Shown here: positions 18,764 to 29,700 of the stretch, in pieces
Layout: each line of letters begins with the position of its first letter
How positions within the stretch are numbered: the first letter of the stretch is position 1
Assembly (NCBI GenBank): GCA_964420015.1
Contig: CAYQPO010000002.1
Coordinates: 7,997 to 71,996, forward strand
From: an uncultured Candidatus Saccharibacteria bacterium
GTDB lineage: Bacteria > Patescibacteriota > Minisyncoccia > Phycocordibacterales > SBAW01
DNA: 64,000 bases
Direction: 5' to 3'
Program-made: the position numbers and the translations under genes
The notes under the pieces: model-generated
The model's database searches: none
What the model was told of the DNA's origin: nothing
Seen by the model: the letters and a program-made list of their open reading frames with translations, nothing else

Positions 18764-20179
18764 TTGTCGAAGGGCTATAATACTTTGGTGCAATCAACAC
18801 TTTACTTTTACGGCGCGGCGGGCTCGGTGACGGGCTCGCACTTTTTACTAGAAATAGGCAGCCCCTCGACTTCGCTCGGGACAACCAGCACCAAGCTGCT
18901 GGTTGATTGCGGTTTGCGCCAAGGGATGGGCGAGGAGCACAATTGGGACCCGTTCCCCTATAACCCAGCCGAAGTGTCGCATCTGTTGGTGACCCACGCT
19001 CATCTCGACCACGTTGGCCGGATTCCTTTTTTGGTTAAAAACGGGTTTAAGGGGGAGATCATTTCGACCAAGGCTACACGCGCGCTAGCCGAGCCGATGC
19101 TCTACGACGCGCTCGAAATTTTGCAGCACAATGCAAAACATAATGGGCGCCCCGAGCTCTATGGTGAGCAAGATGTTGAATCAACGTTGCGTCTATGGCG
19201 CGGGGTCGACTATCACGACAAAATTGCTTTGTCCGGCGAGGTAGAGGCGCAGTTGTATGACGCAGGGCACATCTTGGGCTCGGCGATGGTGGTTCTTGGC
19301 AGAGCCGGGCGCGCTATCGTCTTTACCGGAGATGTGGGTGGCGGTAACTCGCCGCTCTTAGCTCCGACCGAAGAGTTACCCGTAGTCAATTATGTGGTAC
19401 TGGAGGGCACGTATGGGGACAAACTGCGCCCCGAAGATCCCGACCGTTTAGAAAAGCTCGAAGACGTGATCGAGGACACCGCCGCGCGCGGTGGCACGCT
19501 CGTGGTGCCCGCATTTTCCACCGAGCGCACGCAGGATCTCCTCTTCGATATTCGTAGGCTCATGCTCGAGAAGCGTGTGCCCTTAATGCCGGTGTATCTC
19601 GACTCGCCACTGGCCGAAAAGATCACCGAAGCTTATTTGCAGTATCCAAACTATTTTGCACCAAAGATCGCAAAGCGCGTCGAAGATGGAGAAAAGATCT
19701 TTTCCTTCCCCGAGCTGCACTACGTAAGCACGCGCGAGGAGTCTCAAGCGCTCAATGCCAAGGAGGGAAGTAAGATTATTTTAGCCGGCTCGGGCATGAG
19801 CAGTGGCGGACGCGTGTTTAGCCACGAGCGCGCTTACTTGCCCGACCCGAATTCGACCGTGCTCATTGTGGGATATCAGGCTGCAGGCACAACTGGCCGG
19901 CAGCTTATCGAAGGCTCCAAAACAATCAAGGTGCGCAGCGGCAACGAGGTAGTCGAGGTCAGGGCGCATGTGGAGCAACTCTACGGCTACTCCGCCCACC
20001 GCGATGGCGAGGGCTTGCTCGATTTTGCCAACCAAGCAGCGACACAGCATGCCGAGGAGATTTTTGTGGTCCATGGCGAGCCGCAAGCGACGATGTTTTT
20101 GGCACAGCGTATCCGGGACTATTTGGGGACTAAGGCCACTGCGCCCGAAGCGGGGAGCGCTGTGCAACTCGACTTTTAG
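18764..20179 (+). CDS. MBL-fold beta-CASP ribonuclease (RNase J / CPSF-like)
   Basis: HAHLDHVGRIP metallo-beta-lactamase motif plus beta-CASP region; TTG start as in the ORF track, a GTG at 18791 is an alternative. Confidence 0.8.
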   Translation: MSKGYNTLVQSTLYFYGAAGSVTGSHFLLEIGSPSTSLGTTSTKLLVDCGLRQGMGEEHNWDPFPYNPAEVSHLLVTHAHLDHVGRIPFLVKNGFKGEIISTKATRALAEPMLYDALEILQHNAKHNGRPELYGEQDVESTLRLWRGVDYHDKIALSGEVEAQLYDAGHILGSAMVVLGRAGRAIVFTGDVGGGNSPLLAPTEELPVVNYVVLEGTYGDKLRPEDPDRLEKLEDVIEDTAARGGTLVVPAFSTERTQDLLFDIRRLMLEKRVPLMPVYLDSPLAEKITEAYLQYPNYFAPKIAKRVEDGEKIFSFPELHYVSTREESQALNAKEGSKIILAGSGMSSGGRVFSHERAYLPDPNSTVLIVGYQAAGTTGRQLIEGSKTIKVRSGNEVVEVRAHVEQLYGYSAHRDGEGLLDFANQAATQHAEEIFVVHGEPQATMFLAQRIRDYLGTKATAPEAGSAVQLDF

Positions 20180-20229
20180 GCTCCATTCTGCTACTGTCTC
20201 GGGCAGATCAACCGTCGATGAGGTGTGCT

Positions 20230-20640
20230 ATGCGCACATTTGGAGAGTTGCTGGATGATGCTCGAGGCGGCAGCGAAGTGGGCATGTCTCATTTTTACGC
20301 TGGGCTGCCCGATCATGCCGGTGATCAGATGGTGTTGCTGTGGGCGATTGGGGTATTGATCATACAGCAACCGGTATTACGTGTGCCGGCTGCTGCTGCG
20401 GTTGCCCATACGGTGCTCGGGCTTCCGATCGACGAGCGGCGTACGCGACTGCTTGGGGTTATGTCAAATGACCCCGATCAATACGTGCGGCGGTGGCTCG
20501 CGACGGCGTTTTACAAAATCGACCCTATTCAAAAGATCGATAATCGAAACCCAGAAGTCTTGGCCCTGTTTGGTGAAGCTTGCAAGCAACAGGGGCCATT
20601 GGGCAGATATGCCCGCAAGCTCAGAAAACAACTGGCTTAA
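20230..20640 (+). CDS. hypothetical protein
   Basis: ORF 20218..20640; overlaps the next gene out of frame; weak. Confidence 0.3.
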   Translation: MRTFGELLDDARGGSEVGMSHFYAGLPDHAGDQMVLLWAIGVLIIQQPVLRVPAAAAVAHTVLGLPIDERRTRLLGVMSNDPDQYVRRWLATAFYKIDPIQKIDNRNPEVLALFGEACKQQGPLGRYARKLRKQLA

Positions 20641-21370
20641 GCAACAACTGGCAGCGGCGCGACGAGAGTCGCGCCGCTTTGCTTCCTGTCTGCCGGAAGG
20701 CAGGTGTGTTAAAATTGCACGGATGGACCCCAACCACACGCATCTCAAGATCAAACTCTGCGTCTCGGGTGCGGCCGAAACTGGCCACTGCGGAGCCGAC
20801 GCCTACGACAAAGGTGTCGAACTCGGCCGCCAAATCGCCAAACAAGGCGCCGCGTGTGTCACGGGCGCGACAACCGGCTTCCCCTTGTGGGCAGCGATGG
20901 GTGCTAAAGAGGTCGGAGGGTTCTCGATCGGCTTTTCGCCGGCTAACTCTGAGCGCGAACATATCGAGCAGTACAACTTGCCGGTCGAGTATATGGACGT
21001 GATCGTCTACACCGGTTTTGGCTACCCGGGCCGCGACCTTATCCTAACGCGCTCCAGCGATGCGGTGCTGTTTGGTTGTGGGCGCATAGGCACGATCCAT
21101 GAGTTTACGATCGCGTTTGAAGACCAAAAGCCCATCGGTATTTTGGAGGCCGGGTGGGAGACCGACGAAGTGATCAAAAATATTTTGGAGAACGGGCATC
21201 GGGCAAACGACCGCATTGTCTTCGACACCGATCCCAAAGCGCTTGTCGAGCGGGTGATGGAGTTGGTCAATAAAGATCGCATCAACCGAGCATCGTTCCA
21301 CTTCGACCCAGCAGCGCCTGCGCAGCCGCCACACCCAGCACCATTGGCGCTCGGCTCCGAAGAGCAGTAG
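20609..21370 (+). CDS. TIGR00725/LOG-like Rossmann-fold protein
   Basis: KIKLCVSGAAETGHCG...GATTGFPLWAAMGA...GGFSIGFSP...IVYTGFGYPGRDL pattern of the SLOG/LOG family; start uncertain (20609 or 20723). Confidence 0.55.
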   Translation: MPASSENNWLKQQLAAARRESRRFASCLPEGRCVKIARMDPNHTHLKIKLCVSGAAETGHCGADAYDKGVELGRQIAKQGAACVTGATTGFPLWAAMGAKEVGGFSIGFSPANSEREHIEQYNLPVEYMDVIVYTGFGYPGRDLILTRSSDAVLFGCGRIGTIHEFTIAFEDQKPIGILEAGWETDEVIKNILENGHRANDRIVFDTDPKALVERVMELVNKDRINRASFHFDPAAPAQPPHPAPLALGSEEQ

Positions 21371-21382
21371 ACTCCTTTTAGC

Positions 21383-21733
21383 TTAGGCTATTTTGTTGAC
21401 CACCCGGGCAAAACTTGCGGGGTTGGTGGCGGCGAGCTCGGCGAGCATTTTGCGATTGATCTTGATGCCTTTTTTATTCATCGCACCGATAAACTTGCTG
21501 TAAGAAAAATCACTGCTAATACCCCTAAGCCCAGCATTAAGGCGGACATTCCACAAGCGGCGAAAGTCGTTCTTCTTGTCGCGGCGGTGGGCAAAGGCAT
21601 ATTTGCCCGCGTGGAAGATCGCCTCCTTGGCCATGCGCTTCTTGGTCGAGCGACCAAAACGATAGCCCTTGGCCTGCGCCAAGATATTCTTGCGGCGTTT
21701 GTTGCTCGTTTTGCCTCCTTTGACGCGTGCCAT
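21383..21733 (-). CDS. rplT: 50S ribosomal protein L20
   Basis: 116 aa; L20 family. Confidence 0.95.
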   Translation of the reverse strand: MARVKGGKTSNKRRKNILAQAKGYRFGRSTKKRMAKEAIFHAGKYAFAHRRDKKNDFRRLWNVRLNAGLRGISSDFSYSKFIGAMNKKGIKINRKMLAELAATNPASFARVVNKIA

Positions 21734-21754
21734 AAATTTTTCTTAAAATTTAAA

Positions 21755-21964
21755 TTATTTAGCAAAATGCTTCGGATTGCCAATGTAGCGCTGGAGCACT
21801 TTGGCAGTCATGATGTCTTTGCCGAGCTCTTGGGTACGATTGTTGTTCATCTGGGCGGCGCGACCCTCTTTGGCATTAAAGTGATTCTTGCCTGGTTTGC
21901 GCGCAACAATCTTCCCCTTGCGGGTAATCTTAAGACGCTTGGCAAATGATTTATTGGTTTTCAT
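21755..21964 (-). CDS. rpmI: 50S ribosomal protein L35
   Basis: 69 aa; L35 family. Confidence 0.9.
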   Translation of the reverse strand: MKTNKSFAKRLKITRKGKIVARKPGKNHFNAKEGRAAQMNNNRTQELGKDIMTAKVLQRYIGNPKHFAK

Positions 21965-21979
21965 GATTTTGTCTTCAAA

Positions 21980-22003
21980 ATCACCCTGAGCTTGTCGAAG
22001 GGT
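21980..22003 (-). repeat. motif A copy between infC and rpmI (minus strand)
   Basis: acccttcgacaagctcagggtgattttgaagacaaaatcATG; same motif plus flank as the rplX/rplE copy. Confidence 0.8.
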
Positions 22004-22005
22004 TA

Positions 22006-22515
22006 CTATTTCTTAGCTCGCTCGAGCGTGGTCGCAAGCCCTTTGGGGCTCTTCGCAATCGGGTCGGCGAGTTTGTACTCGGCCGGTATCAGTTTGAGGA
22101 AGCGCTCCAGTCTTTCTTTAAGAAAGGGGAACTCCATATATTTGTACCGGCCCCACAAAAACAAGTCGACCTTAACCCGGTGGCCCTCCTCGAGCCACTG
22201 TGCTGCCTTTTTGGCCTTAAGCTGCATGTCGTGATCGCCGGTCCCAATCTTGACCTGGACAGACTTCGTCTCGGTCGTGTGGGATTTGGCCTTTATTTCA
22301 CGCCTTTTTTTCTGCTGCTCGTACTGGAATTTACCATATTCCATGATCTTTGCAACCGGCGGGACAGCATTGGGGCTTATTTCTATAAGGTCGAGGCCGA
22401 CTTCTTGCGCTTTGGCGATAGCGTCGCCCAAAGGAAGCACACCGAGGTTCTCTCCTTGGGCGCCCACGACGCGCACCTCCTTGGCCTTGATCTGGTGATT
22501 TACTCGCGTATCCAA
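22006..22515 (-). CDS. infC: translation initiation factor IF-3 (likely TTG start, near-leaderless)
   Basis: IKAKEVRVVGAQGENLGVLPLGDAIAKAQEVGLDLIEISPNAVPPV...; a TTGTCA-N17-TATAGT promoter ends 9 nt before the TTG; the upstream part of the ORF (to 22593) is probably not translated. Confidence 0.8.
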   Translation of the reverse strand: MDTRVNHQIKAKEVRVVGAQGENLGVLPLGDAIAKAQEVGLDLIEISPNAVPPVAKIMEYGKFQYEQQKKRREIKAKSHTTETKSVQVKIGTGDHDMQLKAKKAAQWLEEGHRVKVDLFLWGRYKYMEFPFLKERLERFLKLIPAEYKLADPIAKSPKGLATTLERAKK

Positions 22516-22609
22516 AGTTGGCCCTACTATAGCACAAGGGCAAAAGTTTGACAGCGCGGGCTGTAAAGGGCAGAGTGTAACAAGGAGAAACAAGTTTGTG
22601 AGGTGAGTG

Positions 22610-22684
22610 ATGCGAAAGCTCGCGTACTTCTACCTAGCGGTGCTGCTGTGTTCTGGAGCGGCGCTCGCGATGGTCTATCTATGA
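22610..22684 (+). CDS. possible 24-aa hydrophobic peptide (MRKLAYFYLAVLLCSGAALAMVYL)
   Basis: strong SD GAGGTGA 7 nt upstream; followed by a hairpin terminator at 22694-22726; speculative. Confidence 0.2.
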   Translation: MRKLAYFYLAVLLCSGAALAMVYL

Positions 22685-22820
22685 GACCGATCCAAACAGG
22701 CCCGCCCAAGAATAAAGAGGGCGGGCCTTTTGCTTGCACAAAACACATCCACTGAAGTAGTATGACCGCGGATTGAAGCGCATCCGCGCTAAGACCTTCA
22801 AGAGTAAGCAGGGGAGACCC

Positions 22821-24221
22821 ATGCCGATCATGCAGTATCACTCAACGCGAGGCGCCCTCATGGGGCACTTTGCCGAGGTGGCAAACACAGGTCTCGCCGA
22901 AGATGGCGGTCTTGCGGTGCCCGAAGTGTATCCGCGGCTCGACATCCACGGCATGCACCAGCAGAATTTTCAACAACTCTGCTGGTACGTTCACACCAAT
23001 CTTTCGGGCGATATCCCGGGGCACGACTGGAAGCAGCTCATCAGCAAGGCCTACACGGCCGAGCTGTTTGGTACCAAGGCGATCACGCCGCTGGAGTGGC
23101 TTGAGCCAGGCCTGGCGCGGCTCAAACTCTCTGAGGGCCCGACGCTGGCGTTTAAAGATGTGTCGCTGCAGCTTGTCGGCCACGAGATGGAGTACATCCA
23201 GCGCAAGAAGGGCACCGTGCTCAACATCGTCACCTCGACCTCGGGGGACACCGGTTCGGCCGCCGGCTATGCGGCCAAAGGGAAGGAGCACCTGCGACTC
23301 TTTGTACTTTTTCCCAAGGGTCGTGTGAGCGAGGTGCAGCGCCGGCAGATGACCACCATTGGTGCCGACAATGTGCATGTGCTCGCGGTCGAAGATGCAA
23401 CCTTCGACGACTGCCAAGCAGTTGTTAAGGCGCTGCACAATGACCTCGCGTTCAAGACAAAGTACGAGCTCGGGACCATGAACTCGATCGCCTGGCCGCG
23501 CATTGCGGCACAGGCGGTCTATTGGGCCGACGCGTGGCGGCAGGCTACCAAACACGTGAGTGAGAAGATCGATGTGGTGGTGCCTTCGGGCAACTTCGGC
23601 AACGCCTTCGCAGCCTATGTGGCCAAGCGGATGGGAATTCCCATCCGTCGGATCATCGTGGCATCTAACGTCAACTGTGTGCTCTATGACTTCTTCCTCT
23701 CGGGTTTCTATCGGCGCGGCAAACGGGTCATAGAGACCATGAGCCCGTCGATGGATATTCAAGTATCCTCGAACCTCGAGCGCCTCATCTACGAAGAAGG
23801 CGGCCGAGATCCGGAGCTTGTGCGCCGGCTCTACAAAGAGTTCGCCGCAAATGGTGAGTTCGATGCGTACTTCCTGCTTGCCAATCTCGAGGCCGCTGGC
23901 TTTACCACTGGCATGGCGGTCGAGGAGGAGGTGCGCGAAGCGATGCGTACGATGTATCGGCTCGAAAGTCGGCCGGTGATCGACCCACACACCGCGGTGG
24001 GGATGCACGTTGCGCTGCAAGAGCGTGACATCAAAGTCCCAATGATCGTTGCCGAAACCGCTCAGCCGGCAAAGTTTGCCGACACGGTTCGTCATGTGTT
24101 GGGAATTAATCCGCCGACGCCCCCGGGCTTTGAGCGATTGATGGAGCGTGAAGAGCGGATGATCACCGTCTCGTGCAACCTCGATGCGGTGAAGAGCTAC
24201 ATCGTCAAACACGCTGCGTGA
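22821..24221 (+). CDS. thrC: threonine synthase
   Basis: QYHSTRG...GPTLAFKD...TSGDTGSAA...VPSGNFGN PLP-enzyme motifs; start at MPIMQYH within ORF 22773. Confidence 0.9.
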   Translation: MPIMQYHSTRGALMGHFAEVANTGLAEDGGLAVPEVYPRLDIHGMHQQNFQQLCWYVHTNLSGDIPGHDWKQLISKAYTAELFGTKAITPLEWLEPGLARLKLSEGPTLAFKDVSLQLVGHEMEYIQRKKGTVLNIVTSTSGDTGSAAGYAAKGKEHLRLFVLFPKGRVSEVQRRQMTTIGADNVHVLAVEDATFDDCQAVVKALHNDLAFKTKYELGTMNSIAWPRIAAQAVYWADAWRQATKHVSEKIDVVVPSGNFGNAFAAYVAKRMGIPIRRIIVASNVNCVLYDFFLSGFYRRGKRVIETMSPSMDIQVSSNLERLIYEEGGRDPELVRRLYKEFAANGEFDAYFLLANLEAAGFTTGMAVEEEVREAMRTMYRLESRPVIDPHTAVGMHVALQERDIKVPMIVAETAQPAKFADTVRHVLGINPPTPPGFERLMEREERMITVSCNLDAVKSYIVKHAA

Positions 24222-24240
24222 GCGGCGTCTAAAAAAGGAA

Positions 24241-24265
24241 AGGCCCCGCGGATGCGGGGCCTTTT
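24241..24265 (+). terminator. terminator after thrC
   Basis: aggccccgcg-gat-gcggggcct + TTTT. Confidence 0.7.
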
Positions 24266-24351
24266 GCTACATACAAAATTTAAAATTCTTTCACCCGGCA
24301 TTCAGCGCGCTTGCGTTAGGGTGGAAGCTTAGCAGCTAATCGCATACACAC

Positions 24352-24621
24352 ATGGCGACAATACTAGAGCGCGAACGCCCCAGTGGCGTGCTCATCGAGC
24401 GCCAAGACGAGAGCACTGGCTGGGCCGTGGCGGCGGTCATCATCATCGCACTACTCGCGGTTGGCGCGTTTGTATGGGCGAGATATTATGCAACCCCGAC
24501 GCCCGCGCAGACCAACACGCCGGGCACCAATATTAATGTCACGCTGCCGCAAAGCGGAGGGGCCCAAGCTCCACAAACGCCAAGCGGTGCAACGCAGCCG
24601 CAGACCAACACGACCTATTAG
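24352..24621 (+). CDS. small membrane protein with Thr/Pro/Gln-rich tail (89 aa)
   Basis: one TM helix; terminator follows at 24644-24672. Confidence 0.4.
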   Translation: MATILERERPSGVLIERQDESTGWAVAAVIIIALLAVGAFVWARYYATPTPAQTNTPGTNINVTLPQSGGAQAPQTPSGATQPQTNTTY

Positions 24622-24672
24622 ATCCAGACACTATAAACGCACAACGCCCGGCGTAAGCCGGGCGTTTTGTTT

Positions 24673-25047
24673 TGGTGGAGATGCCGGAAATCGAATCCGG
24701 GTGCAACAACTAGCAAACTGTGCTTCTACGAAGCGTAGAGCGTCTTAGATTCTCGTCTTGCTGCATCAAAGATGCTCAAAAGCGCAGCAAGATACAGTTC
24801 AAGTCTTAGTTAGGGTAGGGAACAGCTACCCCAAAGCAGTGTGGTGATATAACAGCGTACTTTCTCTCACACACTTTGAGAAAGCGCCGACGACTAGGCT
24901 ATAGCGTAAGCGAAGTCGAAATCATTCGCCGCAAAATACGGCGATGCAACTGATTTGCCAGTTAGAGTTTGGAGCAGTTTAAAGAAGTACTCCAGTTCTG
25001 CCTCGCACATCAATTTGCGACAGTTATTGTCTAAGCCTGTCATCCCC
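24673..25047 (-). ncRNA. ssrA: tmRNA (SsrA), ~375 nt
   Basis: 3' end ...ACCCGGATTCGATTTCCGGCATCTCCACCA: T-arm, acceptor strand, encoded CCA. 5' end GGGGATG pairs with CATCTCC, giving the G3-U70 Ala identity pair. Internal frame GCG GCG AAT GAT TTC GAC TTC GCT TAC GCT ATA GCC TAG reads (A)ANDFDFAYAIA*. Lies 49 nt downstream of smpB on the same strand. Confidence 0.6.
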
Positions 25048-25096
25048 GAAGAGTGCCCGACGCTAAACCGGCGCTTTTCGCGAATTAAGACTCCTA

Positions 25097-25540
25097 CTAT
25101 TTATTTTTCAAAGTCCTATCAATCTCGCGCTTGGTGTCCCTTTCTTTTAATACCGCGCGCTTGTCGTATTTCTTACGGCCCCGCGCAATACCAATAGAGA
25201 GCTTGAGATTTCGCCTCTTATTGTACACCTTTAAGGGCACTATTGTCAAGCCTTTCTGCCCTTCGGCCTCAGCCAGTTTGGCTATCTCGGGCTTGGTTAG
25301 CAGGAGCTTTCGGCTCCTCTCCGGGTCATAGCCCTCGGGTGTGTTTTTGGGCTGGTAGGGCGGGATGTGCGCCCCCACCAAGTATGCCTCGCCATTTCTT
25401 ACAATTGCATGAGCACCCTCGAGCTTGCCGTTGCCTGCGCGGAGCGACTTAACCTCGCCGCCAAGCAGCTCTAACCCCGCCTCGAACTCTTCGAGGATTT
25501 CGTAGTTGAGATAGGCTTTTTTATTCTCCACGAGTGCCAT
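25097..25540 (-). CDS. smpB: SsrA-binding protein SmpB
   Basis: 147 aa; SmpB family (GAHIPPY...KLLL...) with basic C-terminal tail. Confidence 0.92.
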   Translation of the reverse strand: MALVENKKAYLNYEILEEFEAGLELLGGEVKSLRAGNGKLEGAHAIVRNGEAYLVGAHIPPYQPKNTPEGYDPERSRKLLLTKPEIAKLAEAEGQKGLTIVPLKVYNKRRNLKLSIGIARGRKKYDKRAVLKERDTKREIDRTLKNK

Positions 25541-25555
25541 GGCGACACTATAGCA

Positions 25556-26680
25556 CTAGCGCACTGTTTTGTAGCCGCCGGGGACGCCGCCTTTAGAGAG
25601 CACCACGTGCCACAGCTGCGCTTCGCGCGAGCGAAAGAGCCCAGCGCACGAAAGGAGATAAAACTTCCACATGCGGTAGAAGCGCTCGCCATATTTTGTT
25701 TTAAGACTCGGCCACGCGCGGTCAAAGTTTTCAAACCACGCGCAGAGGGTTTTGTCGTAGTCGGGGCCAAAGTTGTGCCAATCCTCCATCACAAAGAGTC
25801 CTTCAATAGCCTTGGCAAGTTGCCCGGGCGAGGGGAGCACCCCGTTGGGGAAAATATATTTATTAAGCCATGGATCGGTCGCCGCAAGAGCTCGGTTGCC
25901 ACCGATTGTATGCAACAAAAAGATCCCACCGCGCTTAAGTAGTTTGTGTGCGACCTCAAAGTACGTGCGGTAATTTTTGGGCCCCACATGCTCGAACATG
26001 CCGATTGAAATAATGTGGTCGAACTGCCCCTTGGTCGAACGATAGTCTTCGACGCGGATCTCAACCGGCAGCCCCTTGCATTTCTCACGTGCGAGCGCGG
26101 CCTGCTCTTTAGATACGGTGATCCCAACACCCTTCACCCCATAATGTTCTGCGGCGTATTTTAGGAACATTCCCCAACCGCAACCGATTTCCAAAATGGT
26201 ATCGTCTTCTTTGAGCCCCACTTTGCGGCAAATCAGGTCATACTTTGCCTCTTGAGCCTCTTCGAGCGTGTGCGCGGGTTTGTTAGGCGAGCTCCAATAG
26301 CCGCAGGAGTAAGCGAGCGTTGGCCCGAGCATGGGCACAAAGAGGTCGTTGCCGATGTCGTAGTGCTCCTCGCCGACCTGGTAGGCCCGTGCAACAGTCT
26401 GCATGTTTTGGAATTTTGCGCGCAAAAAGTAGAGTGCGGTTGAGAAGGTGTACAGCTCTTCATCGAGCTTGACTTTGAGTACGCGATTAAAAAACTCGGC
26501 CAAGTCCTCAGCATCCCACATGCCGTCCATGTATGCTTCGCCCACGCCCAAGGTTCCCTGGCTAAACGCGCGGGCATAGAGTGCCTTATCGCGCACTTGG
26601 ATGTCGTACGGCTCGGGGCCGTTGATGGTGACTCCCGCCTTGACCAAGAGTTGTTGCGCTTTTTCCTCGAGGCTCTTCAT
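25556..26680 (-). CDS. cfa: cyclopropane-fatty-acyl-phospholipid synthase family SAM methyltransferase
   Basis: start at MKSLEEKAQQ; ILEIGCGWG SAM motif; HYDIGNDLF... CFA-synthase pattern. Confidence 0.85.
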   Translation of the reverse strand: MKSLEEKAQQLLVKAGVTINGPEPYDIQVRDKALYARAFSQGTLGVGEAYMDGMWDAEDLAEFFNRVLKVKLDEELYTFSTALYFLRAKFQNMQTVARAYQVGEEHYDIGNDLFVPMLGPTLAYSCGYWSSPNKPAHTLEEAQEAKYDLICRKVGLKEDDTILEIGCGWGMFLKYAAEHYGVKGVGITVSKEQAALAREKCKGLPVEIRVEDYRSTKGQFDHIISIGMFEHVGPKNYRTYFEVAHKLLKRGGIFLLHTIGGNRALAATDPWLNKYIFPNGVLPSPGQLAKAIEGLFVMEDWHNFGPDYDKTLCAWFENFDRAWPSLKTKYGERFYRMWKFYLLSCAGLFRSREAQLWHVVLSKGGVPGGYKTVR

Positions 26681-26743
26681 AAAAGTTGAGTTAACGAGGC
26701 TACTATATGAGAAATTTACACAAAATGCTATGATGTTTCCCAC

Positions 26744-28732
<1,989 letters not shown>

Positions 28733-28765
28733 TCCTTCGACTACGCTCAGGACAAGAAAACAAAA

Positions 28766-28795
28766 CCCCGGCCGCAGGCCGGGGTCTCTGATTTT
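28766..28795. terminator. bidirectional terminator between ftsH (+) and a minus-strand gene
   Basis: ccccggcc-gcag-gccgggg hairpin. Confidence 0.55.
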
Positions 28796-28809
28796 GGGCG
28801 AGAACAGAG

Positions 28810-29355
28810 CTATTTCACCTCCAGTTCTTCTTCGTACACAAACTGGATGTACGCCCGCACGACGGTGACGGCGGCGTAGATCCCTACGAGGATTCCTATA
28901 GAACCCAAGCCATTCCAGACAATCCACGCCGCGGTGCCATAAGCGGCAATGCCGATGGCGGCGAATAAGATGACCGCCGTAGAAGGAGCGTCTTTGTGGC
29001 TATAGTCGCCTCTCATCCCATGCCACAGGCCGGTAAAGGGCCAGATGAGCACAAGCAACCCGATCAGGCCGGCGGCGTATGCGACATCGAGCCCACAAAA
29101 GAGCTTGGGGTGACGGTCTCTGAACTTCACCCACTTGCGCCTGAGTCGGGCCCACTCGTCTTCGCGCAGAGGCTCGACCGCGAGCCCAGTGCTCACCGTC
29201 GCACCCAACGTGAGAAATCCCACCCCAATAAAAAAGTAGTAGGAGAAGCTGACGCTGAGCCAGACAAAGAGCACTAAACAGACCCATGTGCCGATGCAGA
29301 CCTCGCGAATATTGGCCTGCGGCCCCACGCGACTTTTCTCAGAAGTGGTGCTCAT
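28810..29355 (-). CDS. hypothetical integral membrane protein (~181 aa, 4-5 TM)
   Basis: start MSTTSEKS with GGAGG SD upstream; hydrophobic. Confidence 0.55.
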   Translation of the reverse strand: MSTTSEKSRVGPQANIREVCIGTWVCLVLFVWLSVSFSYYFFIGVGFLTLGATVSTGLAVEPLREDEWARLRRKWVKFRDRHPKLFCGLDVAYAAGLIGLLVLIWPFTGLWHGMRGDYSHKDAPSTAVILFAAIGIAAYGTAAWIVWNGLGSIGILVGIYAAVTVVRAYIQFVYEEELEVK

Positions 29356-29434
29356 GGTTTTCCTCCTTGAGCGGTTTGGGGTTCTTACTCGCTCGACGAT
29401 AGCATGAAGCATAGGTTTCGGGTAGAGTTTAAGG

Positions 29435-29509
29435 GCGCGAGTAGCTCAGTGGTAGAGCGTCCGTCTTATACACGGATGGTCGTAGGTTCGATCCCTACCT
29501 CGCGCACCA
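29435..29509 (+). tRNA. tRNA-Ile, anticodon UAU (reads AUA)
   Basis: cloverleaf GCGCGAG/TA/GCTC..GAGC/G/TCCGT-CTTATAC-ACGGA/TGGTC/GTAGG-TTCGATC-CCTAC/CTCGCGC-A-CCA. Confidence 0.8.
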
Positions 29510-29700
29510 AGTAGAAATACGCAAGCCAATACTTTGAAGTTCCCGATTTCACATTCGGGAAAAAGAAAACTTTTTGTCATACAGAATGCAATAATTTTTT
29601 GATTTGTAATTCTCGTGAATTTGTGTCATATTGCTATCGGAGTAGCTGTTCTTTTCCAGAACAGTGTCTCCATACACCATCAACACAGGAGTGTGCTGAA

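Noticed and set aside
18609-18884. 91-aa minus-strand ORF
   Set aside because: It overlaps the structured intergenic region and the 5' end of the ribonuclease gene; low-complexity Pro/Ser/Arg translation.
22842-24212. 456-aa ORF on the minus strand
   Set aside because: It lies exactly antisense to the well-supported thrC gene and is Arg/Leu/His-rich with no motifs; a typical GC-rich antisense artefact.
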